Source of the DNA: Phoronis australis
Lineage: Eukaryota > Animalia > Phoronida
Length of the DNA: 64,000 nt
Assembly (NCBI GenBank): GCA_002633005.1
Contig: NMRA01000117.1
Span: 353,731 to 417,730 of the forward strand
Direction: 5' to 3'
The notes beneath the pieces were generated by a model. The model did no database searches, had not been told where the DNA came from, and saw only the letters and a program-made list of their open reading frames with translations. The position numbers and the translations under genes are program-made. Of the stretch, positions 1-14,200 are shown piece by piece (the stretch's first letter is position 1; every line of letters begins with the position of its first letter).

Positions 1-499
1 TACTTTAGTTTCAAGAGACTCAAAAATCATTAAATGCAAAGTGCGTGATGTGTAGAGTTGTCGTACAGCTGAAGAGTCGAAGTCATCTCGTGGGTAGGCC
101 GTAAACCACCAAAGAAATTAGACGTCCATAATTGCACCAAGACTCAAAGCCATAACTTAGTGGCTCGTTGGTGGAATGATTTTTTTTTAGAAAATCGAGG
201 GGTTTCATTTGTTTAAAGAGATCTTACTAGAACGTCTGGAGCAAATATTTAACATGTTAAAAGAATTCGAGAAGATGGACAATTTTAGACCAGACTGTCA
301 ATCATTTTAAAATCGTTCATTATCTTCGTGGACGGTCCAATGCCAAGGGGTGACCGGTTTTTATCATCTCTGTAAAGTTTTGATTACAATGCCGCTTTGA
401 CGTTTTTTACAGTGTCCTCATGCTCTACAATCAGATACGAACAACCTGTCAAAACGTAAAACATCGTTCATTTACCTTTAAAAACTTGGACGACAAAGG

Positions 500-980
500 G
501 TTCGCGGGAAATGGGTTGTACGCATGCTCAGTATGCAAAATGTTTAGCCGTGGTTGACGGAGAATGATTGCGGCAAAAGATTGAAGTGTTTTTGAAGCAG
601 TTTCAAAACGAAGGTATGTCTTGATTTTCACATATAATTGGTGCCTTCCATTGCGTGAACCTGACGATGTCAAATCTAACTACAAGACTAATATTAACCA
701 CGGAACACCGTTTTGTATATTGTCTCTTTCCAAAATGGCCGACGACGGTCGACGCTGACGGCGAGTAGCGAGAAGCTGCTGTGGAACGTTTGAAAGTTTT
801 TCTTGAAAATACGAGTGGCGTAGTATGGCAGTAATTATGAAGTTTACGTTTAAAGCTTTACATTCAGTTTATGTCATGATTACTGCGTAAAATGATTACT
901 AAAATAACTAATTTCGTTGTTCGAAGTTCCGACCTCGTCGTCGACGTCGAGGACACGTGACGTAAAATATGCAAATTAAA
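500..980 (+). promoter_or_regulatory. Probable ATF7IP promoter / non-coding first-exon region
   Basis: Locally CpG-rich. CTCTTTCC pyrimidine initiator-like tract at about 724, then YY1-like CAAAATGGC; octamer ATGCAAAT at about 969; candidate donor AG|GTATGT at about 613. The first coding exon (5216) starts with an acceptor, so a 5' UTR exon must lie upstream. Confidence 0.45.
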
Positions 981-2999
981 CTTGAGTGTACTATAATTGT
1001 TAGTTGCGAAGCTGACAATTAATGGTTATTAGTGCATTTTGCAAATTTGTCAGCTTCTTTTAATCTGAGCGATAGGCTAGAACCTATCAAATGGTTCGTA
1101 CTACAAGTTCCCTGGTTGGATATAGCAGTCCTTGATTTAGAGGAGCAGTTGTTTAGTGGATGAAATTGGGGTAGACGCTTGGACCTAGCTAGGACCAGCT
1201 TAAAAGCAAGACTTAGTGAGATTACTGAGATATAGTCATATATTTTAATAGGGATCAGGTAATTTTAGCTAGGTTTTTGTATTCACGAGACGACTACATG
1301 ACCCTGTTCGCTAAATCAGGTGACTGCTATTTCTGACCAGTGCCGAATAAGTGCATTTTTCCATGAAGCTATTAGTAAACTTCATTTGGTCCATGGCGTT
1401 ATCATAAAGAGAGCTACACTTGGTAAAACTAAGGGTTCTACTGAAACCTATTTCAAAGACTGTGCTGCATGGGTTTTAGAAGTCAACTTTTAAGACTTAT
1501 TATAAAACTATAATACTTGTTAGAATACTATAACACTTGTTATAAGTGTTATAAAACTTGTTCAGGTCACACGTTTACATGTCATGTGCTTCCACTTTTG
1601 TTTATCCATATTTTGGAAAATCTGTTTTGTTCTAAATTTTCTAAATTGTGTTTTGTCTGAAGTTGACTAGAAACATGTTATATTGTAATTGGCGTGCTAA
1701 CCTGTGCTTGCCATGGTGTTTTGTCCAGACATACGAAATAAGTTAGTTTCAAGGCTACTGATTTGGCATGGTTTGTGATTTAGCCAAGGAGATAGGAAAG
1801 TAGACTGGTACACTAGAAAAAAATTATACAGATTGAACTCTCATTTTCTTTCATGTTACTCTCAGTACACCCTTTCTGTTATTTAAAGTGACAGCGCGGG
1901 GAAAAGAAACATTTCTTTAGTGTTCCGACGATGCTGTGTCATCCAGAACACCATGACCATTTCCAATAGGCCTGTAAACTCAAGTCATGTTGTTGCCGTA
2001 CGTCAGACATGACAACAGTGGTGTGCAAAGATGTTGTAGACGGTTTTCCATGAAATTGTGTTAGCTTTTGAGTTTGAGTAAACAAAGGCGATTATATAAG
2101 ACCTTAAAACATAACTCAGGGTAAACCTCTATTTATTTTGCACAATAATTGCCTGAAGTATCATTTTTTATTTTCAAAGGCTGATAGCCTTGCTGGTAAC
2201 TAAGGAGAAATTTATCAAAATAAGATTTCACTTTTCGGCCATTTTGTGTCCTAAATAAGTGAAGAATTACCATGCCGCAAAATGTTGTACGTTAGTATTT
2301 AACTAAGTGAAAATCACAGGTATGTACTGATTAAATGTAAAACTTGTGAGTTGGAAAAGTATACCGTACACCAAGAAAGTACAACACAAAGTTCAATAAA
2401 GAACAGTGAGATGCCATGAATAACACTGTGATATGCATTTGAGCAGAATTGAGGTGCCCAGACAAATCTCAGAGACCTTACCTAATAATTCTTACACATT
2501 TGTGTGTCAGAACAGTCCCCCACTACTCTGCACTTTAAGCAGCTCTCAAGGATTCATGGAAAGTGCATTGTGGTAAACGTGCTTAGAACTCGATTATTTC
2601 GAATAATGTTCATGTTGTAATTAAAAAGAGGAATTGGATACTTATTAGGGTGATGGTTCGAGGCCACAAGTAAAATTTAGAATCTGTGTACTTGGCTATG
2701 CAGTGAACAGGGGGGACAAAGTGTATTTATATTCATTTCGATTCATGAATACAATTGAACCAACATTAAAGTGCTCCTGATTTTATCTTGCTCACACTTA
2801 AAACTTTCCGTTCCACAAGTCCGACTGGATTCGATTACAACAAACTTACTTTACAACGGACGTTTTGAATGAGTTGCAAGAGGTTTGTTTTATCACTTTT
2901 TAACTTTATGGTGAAAAACGTTACACTCATGTTTGGTCAGTTTTGAGTACAGTAGATGTTTTCAAGCAATGTAACTTTTGAAATGGATATAACTAAATA

Positions 3000-3378
3000 C
3001 AGTGGAGCCCGCTTAATGTCATACCAGATCAATAGAATGTCTCGGTTATTGTCATGAAAACCCATGTAAAATATTCCGCATAATGTAATGAATGTTATTG
3101 TCATATTTTTATATTGCCATTAAAAGTCATCACAATTGATTTTCACCCACTTGTTAGCATTATGAACCTTCCCTTTTCTGTCAAAAAACCAACCCAATTC
3201 ATCTTTATGGGAACTTTAGGCCAGGGATAGAATTTGATTGCTTGCTGTCTAGCTGTCATGTTCCAATATTCCTTACTCATCATGCCACAGAGTCGGAACC
3301 TGGTTGTAAATGGAATATCTCGCTTATTGTTGTAATTTTTGTTGAAACTGAGGACATGACATTAAGCGGGCTCCACTG
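3000..3378. mobile_element. Tc1/mariner-pogo-type MITE
   Basis: Perfect 23-bp TIR CAGTGGAGCCCGCTTAATGTCAT / ATGACATTAAGCGGGCTCCACTG, flanked by TA on both sides. Confidence 0.9.
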
Positions 3379-5217
3379 TATGTCTTACCCATTGGGAACT
3401 CCTCATATATTTTCGTAGCCTCAAATTTCCCATCAAGAGTACGTTTTCTGTGCATGTGTGAAGTTCAGTCATACAGCCAATCATTGTGCAGTTTGAAAGT
3501 CACACTGTGTTCTAAATGACAACCAACACATGGTTCGTAATCATGAGATTCATCAGCTCATCTCTAAGTGGATAGCTACCATAAATTGGGTGGATGAGAC
3601 ATAATCCTTGTCAATGCTTGTGCTTTCAAAATGTAATGGGTGTTTTCACCTGTAAGTCATTTATACATAGCATATTGTGGTTCTGACTGTCCAGTTATTC
3701 TTCTCTTTTATGATGCAAAACTCAGCAGTTAATTGGTTCGTGAAATGGTCTAGCCAAGTTTTGAACTTCTGAGTTTGGTTATTCTGTACAATTACAGACA
3801 AACACTAAGGTGCATTTGTCAGGAGATTTTAGATGACCTGGTGAAAGAAGGCCTTCAGCTGCAACGTTCAAGGTCAACCGTTGTTGTGGAGAGCTTGGTA
3901 GTTTCAAAACCAAAGAATGGCATTTAGAAATAAATTAAGCAAATATTTGAGATTTTTGTTTAATTTTGAATTTTGAAGCTCATTAATTTAATCATATATA
4001 CAAGCAAATGGTGTTTTCCACCTCATTCTCACATTCCTCCTTTAGCCACAAAGCACCAGGTTTGCATTGTCTGGAGATCATGTGATTACTGCGCTCTGAT
4101 TGGCTGGTATTTATAGATTGCTTCTTCATATACAGCAAATTGCTGTAGAGCGATATTGGATCAATATTGCAGTTTCAGATAGGGTGGAACTGCCCTCGTT
4201 TTTGATAAGCAAATCTGTATCAATATTCTTAAAATTGACTCTGATATTAGCCATTCTGTTAAGTGGGGAACCCCTTTGTAAGCACTGATATCAAACCATT
4301 ACTTGTTGGCTATGTCACTGAGTTTAATAGAGCTGGTTAGTTGAAGGTCAAAATCCTCTTGAAGTGATTCCATTCATATTCAGTTTTAATAAACTTAGAG
4401 TAAGAATGAAGATACACATGTGAACGATACTAGACAAGGGTTACACCTAACCAGACAATGAGTGGTGCACAATGCTCTTATTATGGTCATCAAGTGCATA
4501 ACTAAACCATTATACCAGCTCTGAGCTCTTCACCCAAGCTTGTCCTTGACTAATCCTGTCTTCTGTGATGCTGTTGTCTTGTGCAACACCACCTGCCTCT
4601 CGTCAAAGTTCCCAACTCTCATATCTTAGTCTTTTTGCCAATTACTTCATGTTTGAACATAATGCGACATTTCACAAGCGCTTTCTGTTACGCTTGTTAT
4701 CTGGAGTGACTCTTTGTCTTATGCTCATTCGTCTCTATATGTTTTACACAAGTACTGTTTCTTACACTCAGTTCTTGGTCTCAAAAGTGACTTTTAACCA
4801 CTGGCTTTTGATTTTACATTTTTTAAGTAAAAAAGAGTTCAGGAAATATTAAATTGTTTAGATTTTAGTTGACATTATGTAACCTTATGTATGTTGATTT
4901 GGAGCCATAAGCAGGGCTTCATCATTTGGTTGTCAAAAATTTATTGTATGAAATAACTGTTTAAAGAACTTTTATTTCTAGTTTTATTTTGTTATAGTTA
5001 GTGATGTCTTTTCTTGATTTGTTGTTGGACTGTGAGGTCAGCAATATGGGTCAGCTGACTTTTGAAACAGCCCCCTAAGATGACCTACTTTGACTTGTGT
5101 TATTGTAGCGCCATCTTTTGGTGAGTTATATATTTACTCTTGACTGTTCTCTTGACAAATGCTCTTGCAGTCCTCTCTGTTGACTTTTTTCTTGAACTTC
5201 TTTCTTTCCTTCCAGAA

Positions 5218-8200
5218 ATGACTACTATTGAAAATGTGGCCTCACCTGTAGTGGGTATGTAGCACTTCTGTGTTGTATGCTCTGTTAATCTTGTGTTTTA
5301 TAAACTTGTAATTTATCTCTTGAGTTGCTGTTGGAGTACTTGCGTATGTTAGGCCAAAAAAAGCAGTGTTGGTTCTGATATGTAGCCAGACTCTTTTAGT
5401 CTTGCGTTCACTGACAAAGTAAAAAATTAAAAGAACCTGAGGGTTTCAATGCCGGTAAGGAGGTAGTGTTTTTGTTGAAAGCTTTACCAAGGCACATTCA
5501 CAAGCTAGAGTAAAAAGGTTTGAAACGCAATGATTTGTCAAGCGATGCTTAATTGCCTGTGAAAGATCCACTGGGCGGTGCTCAAAAAGTCCACAAAGCT
5601 TAGTTTAGGTTCTCAAATGGGGATGTGCACCGCAGGGACTCATCTAGCGGCCGTCCTGGAACGGCCCTTTTAAAAAATGACGGCTTTGGACAGCACAGCC
5701 ATGACGGAAAAAAGACGACCTGTTCCAAGACAACCTCGGTGAAAATGAAGGCTAAACGAAGAATTTTAATATTTATTATTAGTAAATTTTGTTGAAACCT
5801 ACAATTCATTGTTTAAGTTCGCTAAATATTAAGAAATAACTCTACATTAGAAACTTTTGCCGTCTATTTTTACTATAAATGTTACAATGACGATCGGCAA
5901 ATACTGGCAGCCATCTTTACCTTCCTGTTCTGTGACGTCAAGGTGACTTCATACGGAATCCCTCGCACGGCTAGTGTCGAGAAATATTGCATACAGGGCT
6001 AACTACCCATACATGGACACTTAATCTTTGAAATTGAAGAACCCACACCCGAAGATCAAAGGATTTGCCATATCCCTAATGCTAGTTGCCGACGCGGAAG
6101 TTGAAGTGGCACTCGATCTATTCGACGGAGCAGCCAATTTGAAATGCCCGGTAGCTGAGAACGTACACTTCGAAAAAAAAGATACCCGCCAAAATTCTAG
6201 CACTGACCTGCTGTACAAATGCCATCAATGTCGTTGAACATGCAAACCAGATAAAACTTAGCGCAAACTTCCTTGATTTGTTTGCATAGTTCCGTTGCAA
6301 CTCAAACGAATGAAAACATATCAAAAAATCTGCACGGCCGAACGACGTAATTGATGCGCGAGAATGCAGCGCAAACTTTACGAGAAAAAAATGTGTGTAA
6401 TGCAGGCATTTATCCAGGATTTCGAAAATAGGGTGTCCACAATGAAGTTGTCAATATTCCAGGGTGTCCACAATGAAGTTGTCAATATTCCAGGGTGTCC
6501 ACAATGAAGTTGTCAATATTCCAGGGTGTCCACAATGAAGTTCTCAATATTCCAGGGTGTCCACAATGAAGTTCTCAATATTCCAGGGTGTCCACAATGA
6601 AGTTCTCAATATTCCAGGGTGTCCACAATGAAGTTCTCAATATTCCAGGGTGTCCANTTGACCTGGTAAGTTTCAATTCAACAAAGCGTCCACTTATAAT
6701 GCACTGCAAAAGACGTTAACAACTACAATGTCCCCGGCGACCACTGGCGACGCTTGTAGCCAAACGACGTCACGGTGAAATTTACGAGTAAAGCGCTCTG
6801 AAAAACGTTTAGACACGTAAAGATATGAATGCCAAATTCAAACACGGAGTTTCGACGTTTTTTTTTTGGTCACGATCCTTTACGAAGCCAAGTCTGGGTA
6901 TACACGCGCGAGTGCACATACGTCGTCACTCCTATTTTCCAGCAGAGATTTTCGCCCGTGTTGAGCACTGGTGGTACTGAGTTGTGAATTTGTGGAGGAT
7001 ATGGATATTATGGTCTTGTTTTTGTATACTCGTGAATTGCAGTGCTGTGCGATGTAATGAAACGTAGACATGTACTCTAGGATGTATTTCTTCGTGTCCT
7101 TTCGAATGCAACTTCATTGTCTTCTCATAATTCTAAATGGTTTCTCAACTGCATTAAAGTAATACACTTCTCTTTTGAGAGCTTCAAGATACATTGAGTC
7201 CTGTATTCATGCTGTGGATTATCTGTCTAACATGCAACTCTACACAGATTATCTTACTAAAAAGATTTGCAGATCTTGATTTTTGCAGTCTAGTGACAAT
7301 ACACACATCTTGAATGGAACAAACTTCCTAATTTTTGTTTAGTTTCCCTTTGAGCCCTCCTTTGAACAAGAAAAAGACATGCAAACAGTGTGCTAAATAA
7401 AATGCAAGGAAATGACCTTTTTATGTGACAATTTTTTCCTCAGCGGGTGGGGGAATCCCCCCCCCCATCAGCGCTGCGCGCCTCAGATTTGCGCTTTGTA
7501 CGACTCGTCAGTCTCACGAATTTTGACCCCCAATTTTCAAATCCTAGATGAGTCCCTGGCGCACCGTTTAAAAGTGAACAAGATTGTGCTACAAAATAGC
7601 GCGGGGTGAATTTGTGTTTCCATGTTAGATTAATTTTCTCCACTTAGCTCTCTGATTCTCCCACCAGTCGTTTTTGCTGCCATCCCACCAGTGACCCTGT
7701 TGCGGTGCTGCCTGAGACTGACTCCCACAAGCTACGCCACTGTGTCTTTCCGATGTGTTTTGCTTCTCGGATTATTTTCAAAGCAGCATAGGCATGCGTT
7801 CAAATGTGGTAAAAAATTAAATTAATATTAAATTCTGTTCATCAAGCAATGAGGGTAACTTAATCTTTTTGTTGGCTAAATCTGCTATTCTAAAAGACAA
7901 TTTTTCATGTTTACCTCCACCATTGGGAATAAAAGCGGGACTTTTCGAGCACTTGCACAACTGCCGTCAGCAAATACTTAGATAAATTGGAACAAAATGC
8001 TTATACTGGGAAAATAATTATTATTTAGAACAAAGTATTAACAATTAATAACCAATTACTACCCGCAGTTGGTAAATGCAGGCAGTGACCCCTGCTGAAA
8101 ACTCCGATGGCATCAAAGTTAAGTATTCCCATTGTAGCGAAGCATTGATGTTTCGATTTTAAATCCACATCTTTACTCTGGAGTCTGGAGCAAGAGTTTA

Positions 8201-11200
8201 TTCCAGCTGCCGTCTTTAAAACGGCCATAATTTTATTTTGGATGGGTTCGATGAGGCGGCCAGAATTCAAGAAGACGGGCAAAGTTTAAAAAGTTGTTTG
8301 AAATGATAGCCACTTTCTTAATATCAGGTGGTTGGCCGTCACTGAGATAAATGTGCCCTCGGTCATTTCAGAAATAAGAAATTTTACTGTGAAAAAGTTT
8401 TTTCTTAGCGCATTTTTCAACATTCTGTGCACCCTACAGCACTGATCAGACTTACCGGCAGCAGTGTTGGGAATATCAATAAATCTGATTGGAAACGCTT
8501 ATCCATTTCTCACTCAGATGAATACTATTGGTTAGTTTTGGTGCATTTCTGATTGTCAATCGAAATGCTGAGCTCATCGCATTGCCTTATAAGAAATTTC
8601 GTTGGATGACTCAATATTTATAGTGTGATAAACTACCATGCCGTTCGCAACTTTTTACTGTAGCGCTAGTGCGTGACATTCACGGTTTCGGGGAGCATAA
8701 TTCCAGGATGTTGCAAAGCCAGAGTCAACTCTGGTTTCCGTTTTGATTTACATACAGAATTGCGCCTTCAGCATATTTAGTTATGTCTGCTGTGTAACGG
8801 CCTAAGAAGATTATTTTACAAACTCAGATGTTTCAGAAACATACTTTTGACTCAAGTTGGTGGTATGACAGATAATCCAGTTCTAGGTCTGAATGGTGGT
8901 GATAACCCGGCCCAGTCAACGAAATGCAGATACGCGTACAATGAACGGTAGACCGTTCAAGGTATCGGATTTTGGCGACATCAGACATCAGCATTTTTAC
9001 AAGTTGCTCCAAACCTGAGAAAAGATAGTTCTTAACAGGAAGAATGAATTTTTGACAATCCCGAAGATACTGAAAATGGCACAGTTGCAAACGTTCGACA
9101 ATCCAGTCGATATCTAGTAGCAACAGACCTTGCAGTAAATAAAAATGCTTGTGAATCGGTTTTACTCCACCTAATTACACATTCAAGATGGTGGACGAAA
9201 CTGAACTTTACTTACTTTGTACAATTTCTGCAATAATTCCAGTCATGTAGAGTTTTGGATGTACCAACTTGTTGACATTGGAATTCAGACAAACATTATG
9301 AGGGTATTGACTATGAATGCTGTGCAAGATGTGAGGCTAGCAGAAAACATAGGCTTGAGTGTCAAGACCATGTATGATAAAAATACGACTCACTTCTTGG
9401 AAGACATGACATTGCTGCTGAAAACTTTTCTTCTATGTTAGACTTTTTGGACTTGGTTGACGGTGACATCACTAGTATGAACGTTGCTTCCTTTTTTGAG
9501 TAAAATGTTTCCGCATACTGTTTCAAACATGTCTGTTTAGACTTCCATTTTAAAGTCATTGAATAAACAAATGGTATGTGTTTTGTCAATGAGACTTATT
9601 TCCACTTCACTGCACTAAGTTATCACATCGTGGATATAACTCTATATAGAACCACAGGAACTGGGCGTGTTTGGTCAAAATTTTTTTGGAAAATTTGGAC
9701 TAAAAAATTTTGTATTCAACCTATGTTGAAATTCACTCACTGCTTGCTCTGTCATTATGTTTAAGTTGTTGCATTGCTCATGTACTTACATCATAAATGA
9801 GAAAAGTTTCTAACCAAGTTTTTGGGGGTCACTATGCTTAAAGTGCTAGTAGGAGACACGAAATGCTGACCTTTCTGAGTCAATTGACCATCTCGTGTCC
9901 ATGTTTTTCTATCCTAATGGGTAATTTATGATCATCGCTGCATTAGTGTGTGTGTCATTTCTTGTATGAAAATGCTAGAATACAAAGACGATTCAATTGG
10001 CAACGGGCATGATATGAATCATGTTTCTGTTTTGGGAAATTGGTAGGAATTATTTCCTCATTGAAAGGAACAGTAATTTTTTAAAGCTCATGTAGCACAA
10101 TGAATATTGTTGTTTCGGTTCATGTTTCATAGTGGAACCCTTTGTTGTTGTTTTGTTAATAAAATAAGTTAGCATTGTAGGAGACTTTCAAGTAGCAACG
10201 AGGCCACTGATCACGTGGGACACTAGTGGCCTTCAGGAGATGATAACTTATGTTTAAAGTGGATCACGTCTAATGGACGGAAGGGTCTTTTCACAAAGCC
10301 AGCCACTGCATAGAACTACTAGTACCTCCTGGTACAGCCAGGTGGCGATAAAAGTCACCAGTCTCATTGCTTTCTGTATGTCTTCATTAAACATGAGAAG
10401 ACCATGAAGTAAATTACGTAACATTGAGCGATTGCTTCAATAGCTGGATACCCTTGGAAAAATATTGATCGAAGTTTGCAACTTTAGCTTGACATAATTA
10501 ACGCCACATAGGTCTTTCAAATATTTCCGCTGCTTTTTGTGGGTTTATGTTCTTGGTGACACTTCTTGGTGATAATACTCCCATTTGATATTGGTCACAA
10601 ATCCTGATAGTGATCTTCAGCTGAAGTTTATAAAAGTTGTTTTAGTATTATCACAATGTGCTATTTGTTATTTCAGGTGAAAGCGAAATGACCATGAATT
10701 GCCGGCAGATTGCTAAGAAGTCAACGGCCAAATTGGCGCTGAGTGCAATGAAGGCTTGCGAGTCTAAGAAAAACATGGATTCAGAAGGCGAGTCTGAGTC
10801 AGCTGAGGAAAGTGACTTGGAAGGAACAGGAGACAACAAGAGTACAGTGAACAGCCTAGGAGAAAAGAATGGAGTAGTACGTACAGCTAGGAAAACTATG
10901 AAGCCGTCGGCTCTTGCAGATCAACAAGTGGTGTCGATGAAGGAAAAGCAAGCAAAACTTATGGACAATCAGTTGGGTTTAGGTAGTGAACAAAATGGTA
11001 TTTCAAGTGACAATGGTACCTCAGATGCGGGCAAAACTACGGAGGCGTTGAATCCGGTTAGTGAGTGCAATGGTGTCCACGAGGACAAGAGTGCAAAGAG
11101 CGATTGTCCAACTGGGCCAAAAGACAGTGCAGAAACTAATGACAATAACAAAGAGGTGGAGAGTTTAGAACTAAATGATTATGATAGTGATAAACCTGCA

Positions 11201-14200
11201 CCGATTATAAAAAATTTGAACAAAATCAAGTTGACTCTAAAGTCTGTTGGAGTTGATAAAAAAGTGGATCCAGTGGAGAGCGCCACCTGTGGTAACATTG
11301 CTCAAGTGGTGGAGGAGGGTGCCCGTCCGGCCACACCTAACAACAGAGGCAATCTTTTTGAAACGTTTGAGAGTAAACGGTCAAGACCCAATACTCCTAA
11401 TGACTCGTCCCGTCCATGTACCCCAGATACAAAGCCAGACAAATATGATACTGGTTCAGAACAAACCATAATGGCAAATGAAACAAACAGTGAATTGCCT
11501 AAAGAAACTGTTAAAAGTGAAAATGTCAATGACGTTGATGTGAAAACGTGTGAAAATGAAAATAAACAAAGCTCAACTGTAGAGGATAATTTGCAGAAGA
11601 ATGTTCCTATGGCATCGTCTGACAGCATAGGTAATTTGAATTATTTAACCAGGTGTAGTTACAGTGATATTGCATCATATTTCTTTCTGTAAACAAATCT
11701 CCCTGTTTTCCTCAAACCACATACACTTCAATAATGTCTTGTTTTTTTACCGCGACCAATCAAAACTCAGTAAAGCATTGCGTTATATTGAGATGCGCAG
11801 TATTCGTTCATGACGTTATGGTGAACCAGTTTGCTTACTAGTGTCAATCTGCATACCCTTTTTAATTTTATTTATTAACTACTTAATCGCATTGTCGCCA
11901 TCCCTAAACCCTCTTTGATGAGCTGTCACAATTGGGATATAAGTTGGCTGATGTGAGAATGGTGGCCATAGTTTTATGGCTGGTTACTTTTCTAATTTCA
12001 CAAAGCAACCCTCACAACAGCTAAATAGCGCATTGTGTGACAATGATGGTGCTGAATACATTTACTTTTTTCAGTTGACACAAAACCAGCGTCTGTTACA
12101 GACACAGAGGGTAAATTGCCAGCTTCAGACAGTAATGTGTGCACAAATGATGAGGCAAATTCTGAGGATAAACGAACTGAGAAGAAGGAAATTGAGGATA
12201 AGCGAATCGAGGAGAAGCGAACGGAAGAGAAACAAATCGAAGAGAAAACTAGCGCATTGGAAGTTAACCACAAAGTGGATGCTGCTTGTGAAGGCAAGAA
12301 AACTGGTACAGTTCTTGCCAATGAGACATCTGAAAAAACTGTTCCCAAGGAAACATCTACTGCTCCTGACAAATCTAGTGTCTCATCTGCAAGTCGTAGG
12401 GCTGATCTGCCAATGGACACCACTGACAATGACATTATATGTCTAAGTGACAGTGATGATGAGAGTAGTCCTGTCATTAAAAGCAAATCTAGTGAGCCTC
12501 AGATGAAAATAATGTACCCTAGTAAACATCTTACTCAGAAACGACCACTGACGCCGTCCAATAATGAACATTTGGCAAAGAGGTCTAGGAAAGAAGTTGT
12601 CACTGGAAAGTTGTCAGTCTCTTCTGACGACTGCATGAAACCCGATAACAAGCTGAAAAAAACAATTACTCTAACACCTGAGGTAGGTAAAACCTGCACT
12701 TCTGCACATAGTTTGACTAGGAGGTCATTCTTTTTGGTTCTGCTGTAGCTTACAGGGCTGCTTACTAATTTAACTGCATTCTAGGGTTTAAGAGTGTAAA
12801 AATGCTACGTACGGGCTTTCAAATGTTGTGTGAGAATTTGTTTCTTTTTGAAACCAGCAGCTGAAAGTAAAGAAAAATTGGAATTGGTGCCATTTTTGAA
12901 ATGAGCACGGCAATGTCAAAGGTTAATGTCAGCTTGAAATAATCGGGAGTGCAACGTCCGACCATTAAGAGACATAACTAAAGTACTAGTGTATAATGAA
13001 ATTGGCATTTCTGTCTTCCTCTTTTGTGGTTGGTCAACTGGTGTTAATATGATTGCAAAACACAAAATTTTGGAGACACATATTCCCAGGAATTACATTT
13101 AGAAAGTGGAATTCATGAGGTTTTGTCATGATAACTTTGCACTGACTATTCCATGCCGGTCACAAAAGAATGTTGGTACTTTTCTGTTGAAATTCAGTCG
13201 CCTGACCGTTTGTGTCTGTCACCACAAACTTGCTGCCAGTTTCAATAAAAATCATCATTTCATGTGTTGTAATAAGCGCCCAGAATGCTTAGAAAAATTC
13301 ATTTCGGAAAACCGGTTCGCTTATTGTACCTAAGGCGGATGAAACCCAGTCTCCGAAACGGGTGAAATCGGAAGCTAGGATTCATCACAAATTTACGCGC
13401 TGTGATGTATATGTAACCTATGACTGACTTTCTACCAAACTGTGCTGCATTGCTAACTTTGTTGTTAATTTACGATCTTTTTTTAAGAAAAATGTGCTGA
13501 AATCGCAGGGCGAAAACTTGTCAACTGATGCGTTGCTGCCTCGCGAACGTCAATAGGGCTACTTCTAGTGTGCAGGTGTGCGCCGAGTGAGCGAGCACGT
13601 GCGAGTTCATTTGTAGCAGGCCCACATATATATATGTAGGCCCTAGCACGCACTTTTTGGCCACGTGCTCATTAACACTAGTCAAGTTTCAATTCGCGGT
13701 TTTTACGTGTACAAAGTAATCTTCATTCCTGTTGTTGAGATAGAAGATCTGTACGGGAAAGATACAATACAATCCCGTTGACAGGTACGCCGCGTCTGTT
13801 CTGAAAGGCCTGGCCATAGTGGGACACATTCCTTTGCAAGATCAGCAAAACTTTTGCATTCTTTTTGAAGCACTGCGAAAGTTTGAAGTGTACAGCCACA
13901 GCTAAATACTAACATAGTGGCGAGGCTCTTGGTCTGGAAATTCCGCGCACAATGATTTTTCAGGACTGTTGCATATTATTGATAAATTGAAGACATTACT
14001 ATAGAATTTTAGAACTGTAGGCAAGGCATTTTTCACATACGTACACGTTCATGGACTGGGCGCTTATTTTAGCGAAGTCTGAAAATGAGTGGGGGCACAT
14101 AGGATCATGGGCGCTTATTAGGACAAATGTTACTGTTTATAAAATAATTTTGGATAAAATGACATTGTACATTACAATAAGAAATCAGTTCCAAGAATAA

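Noticed and set aside
6430-6656. 31-bp repeats (and other 27-48 bp arrays) as CRISPR arrays
   Set aside because: Units are contiguous with no unique spacers, there are no cas genes, and the context is eukaryotic.
11302-12486. Minus-strand ORFs of 108 and 162 aa
   Set aside because: Antisense shadows of ATF7IP exons.
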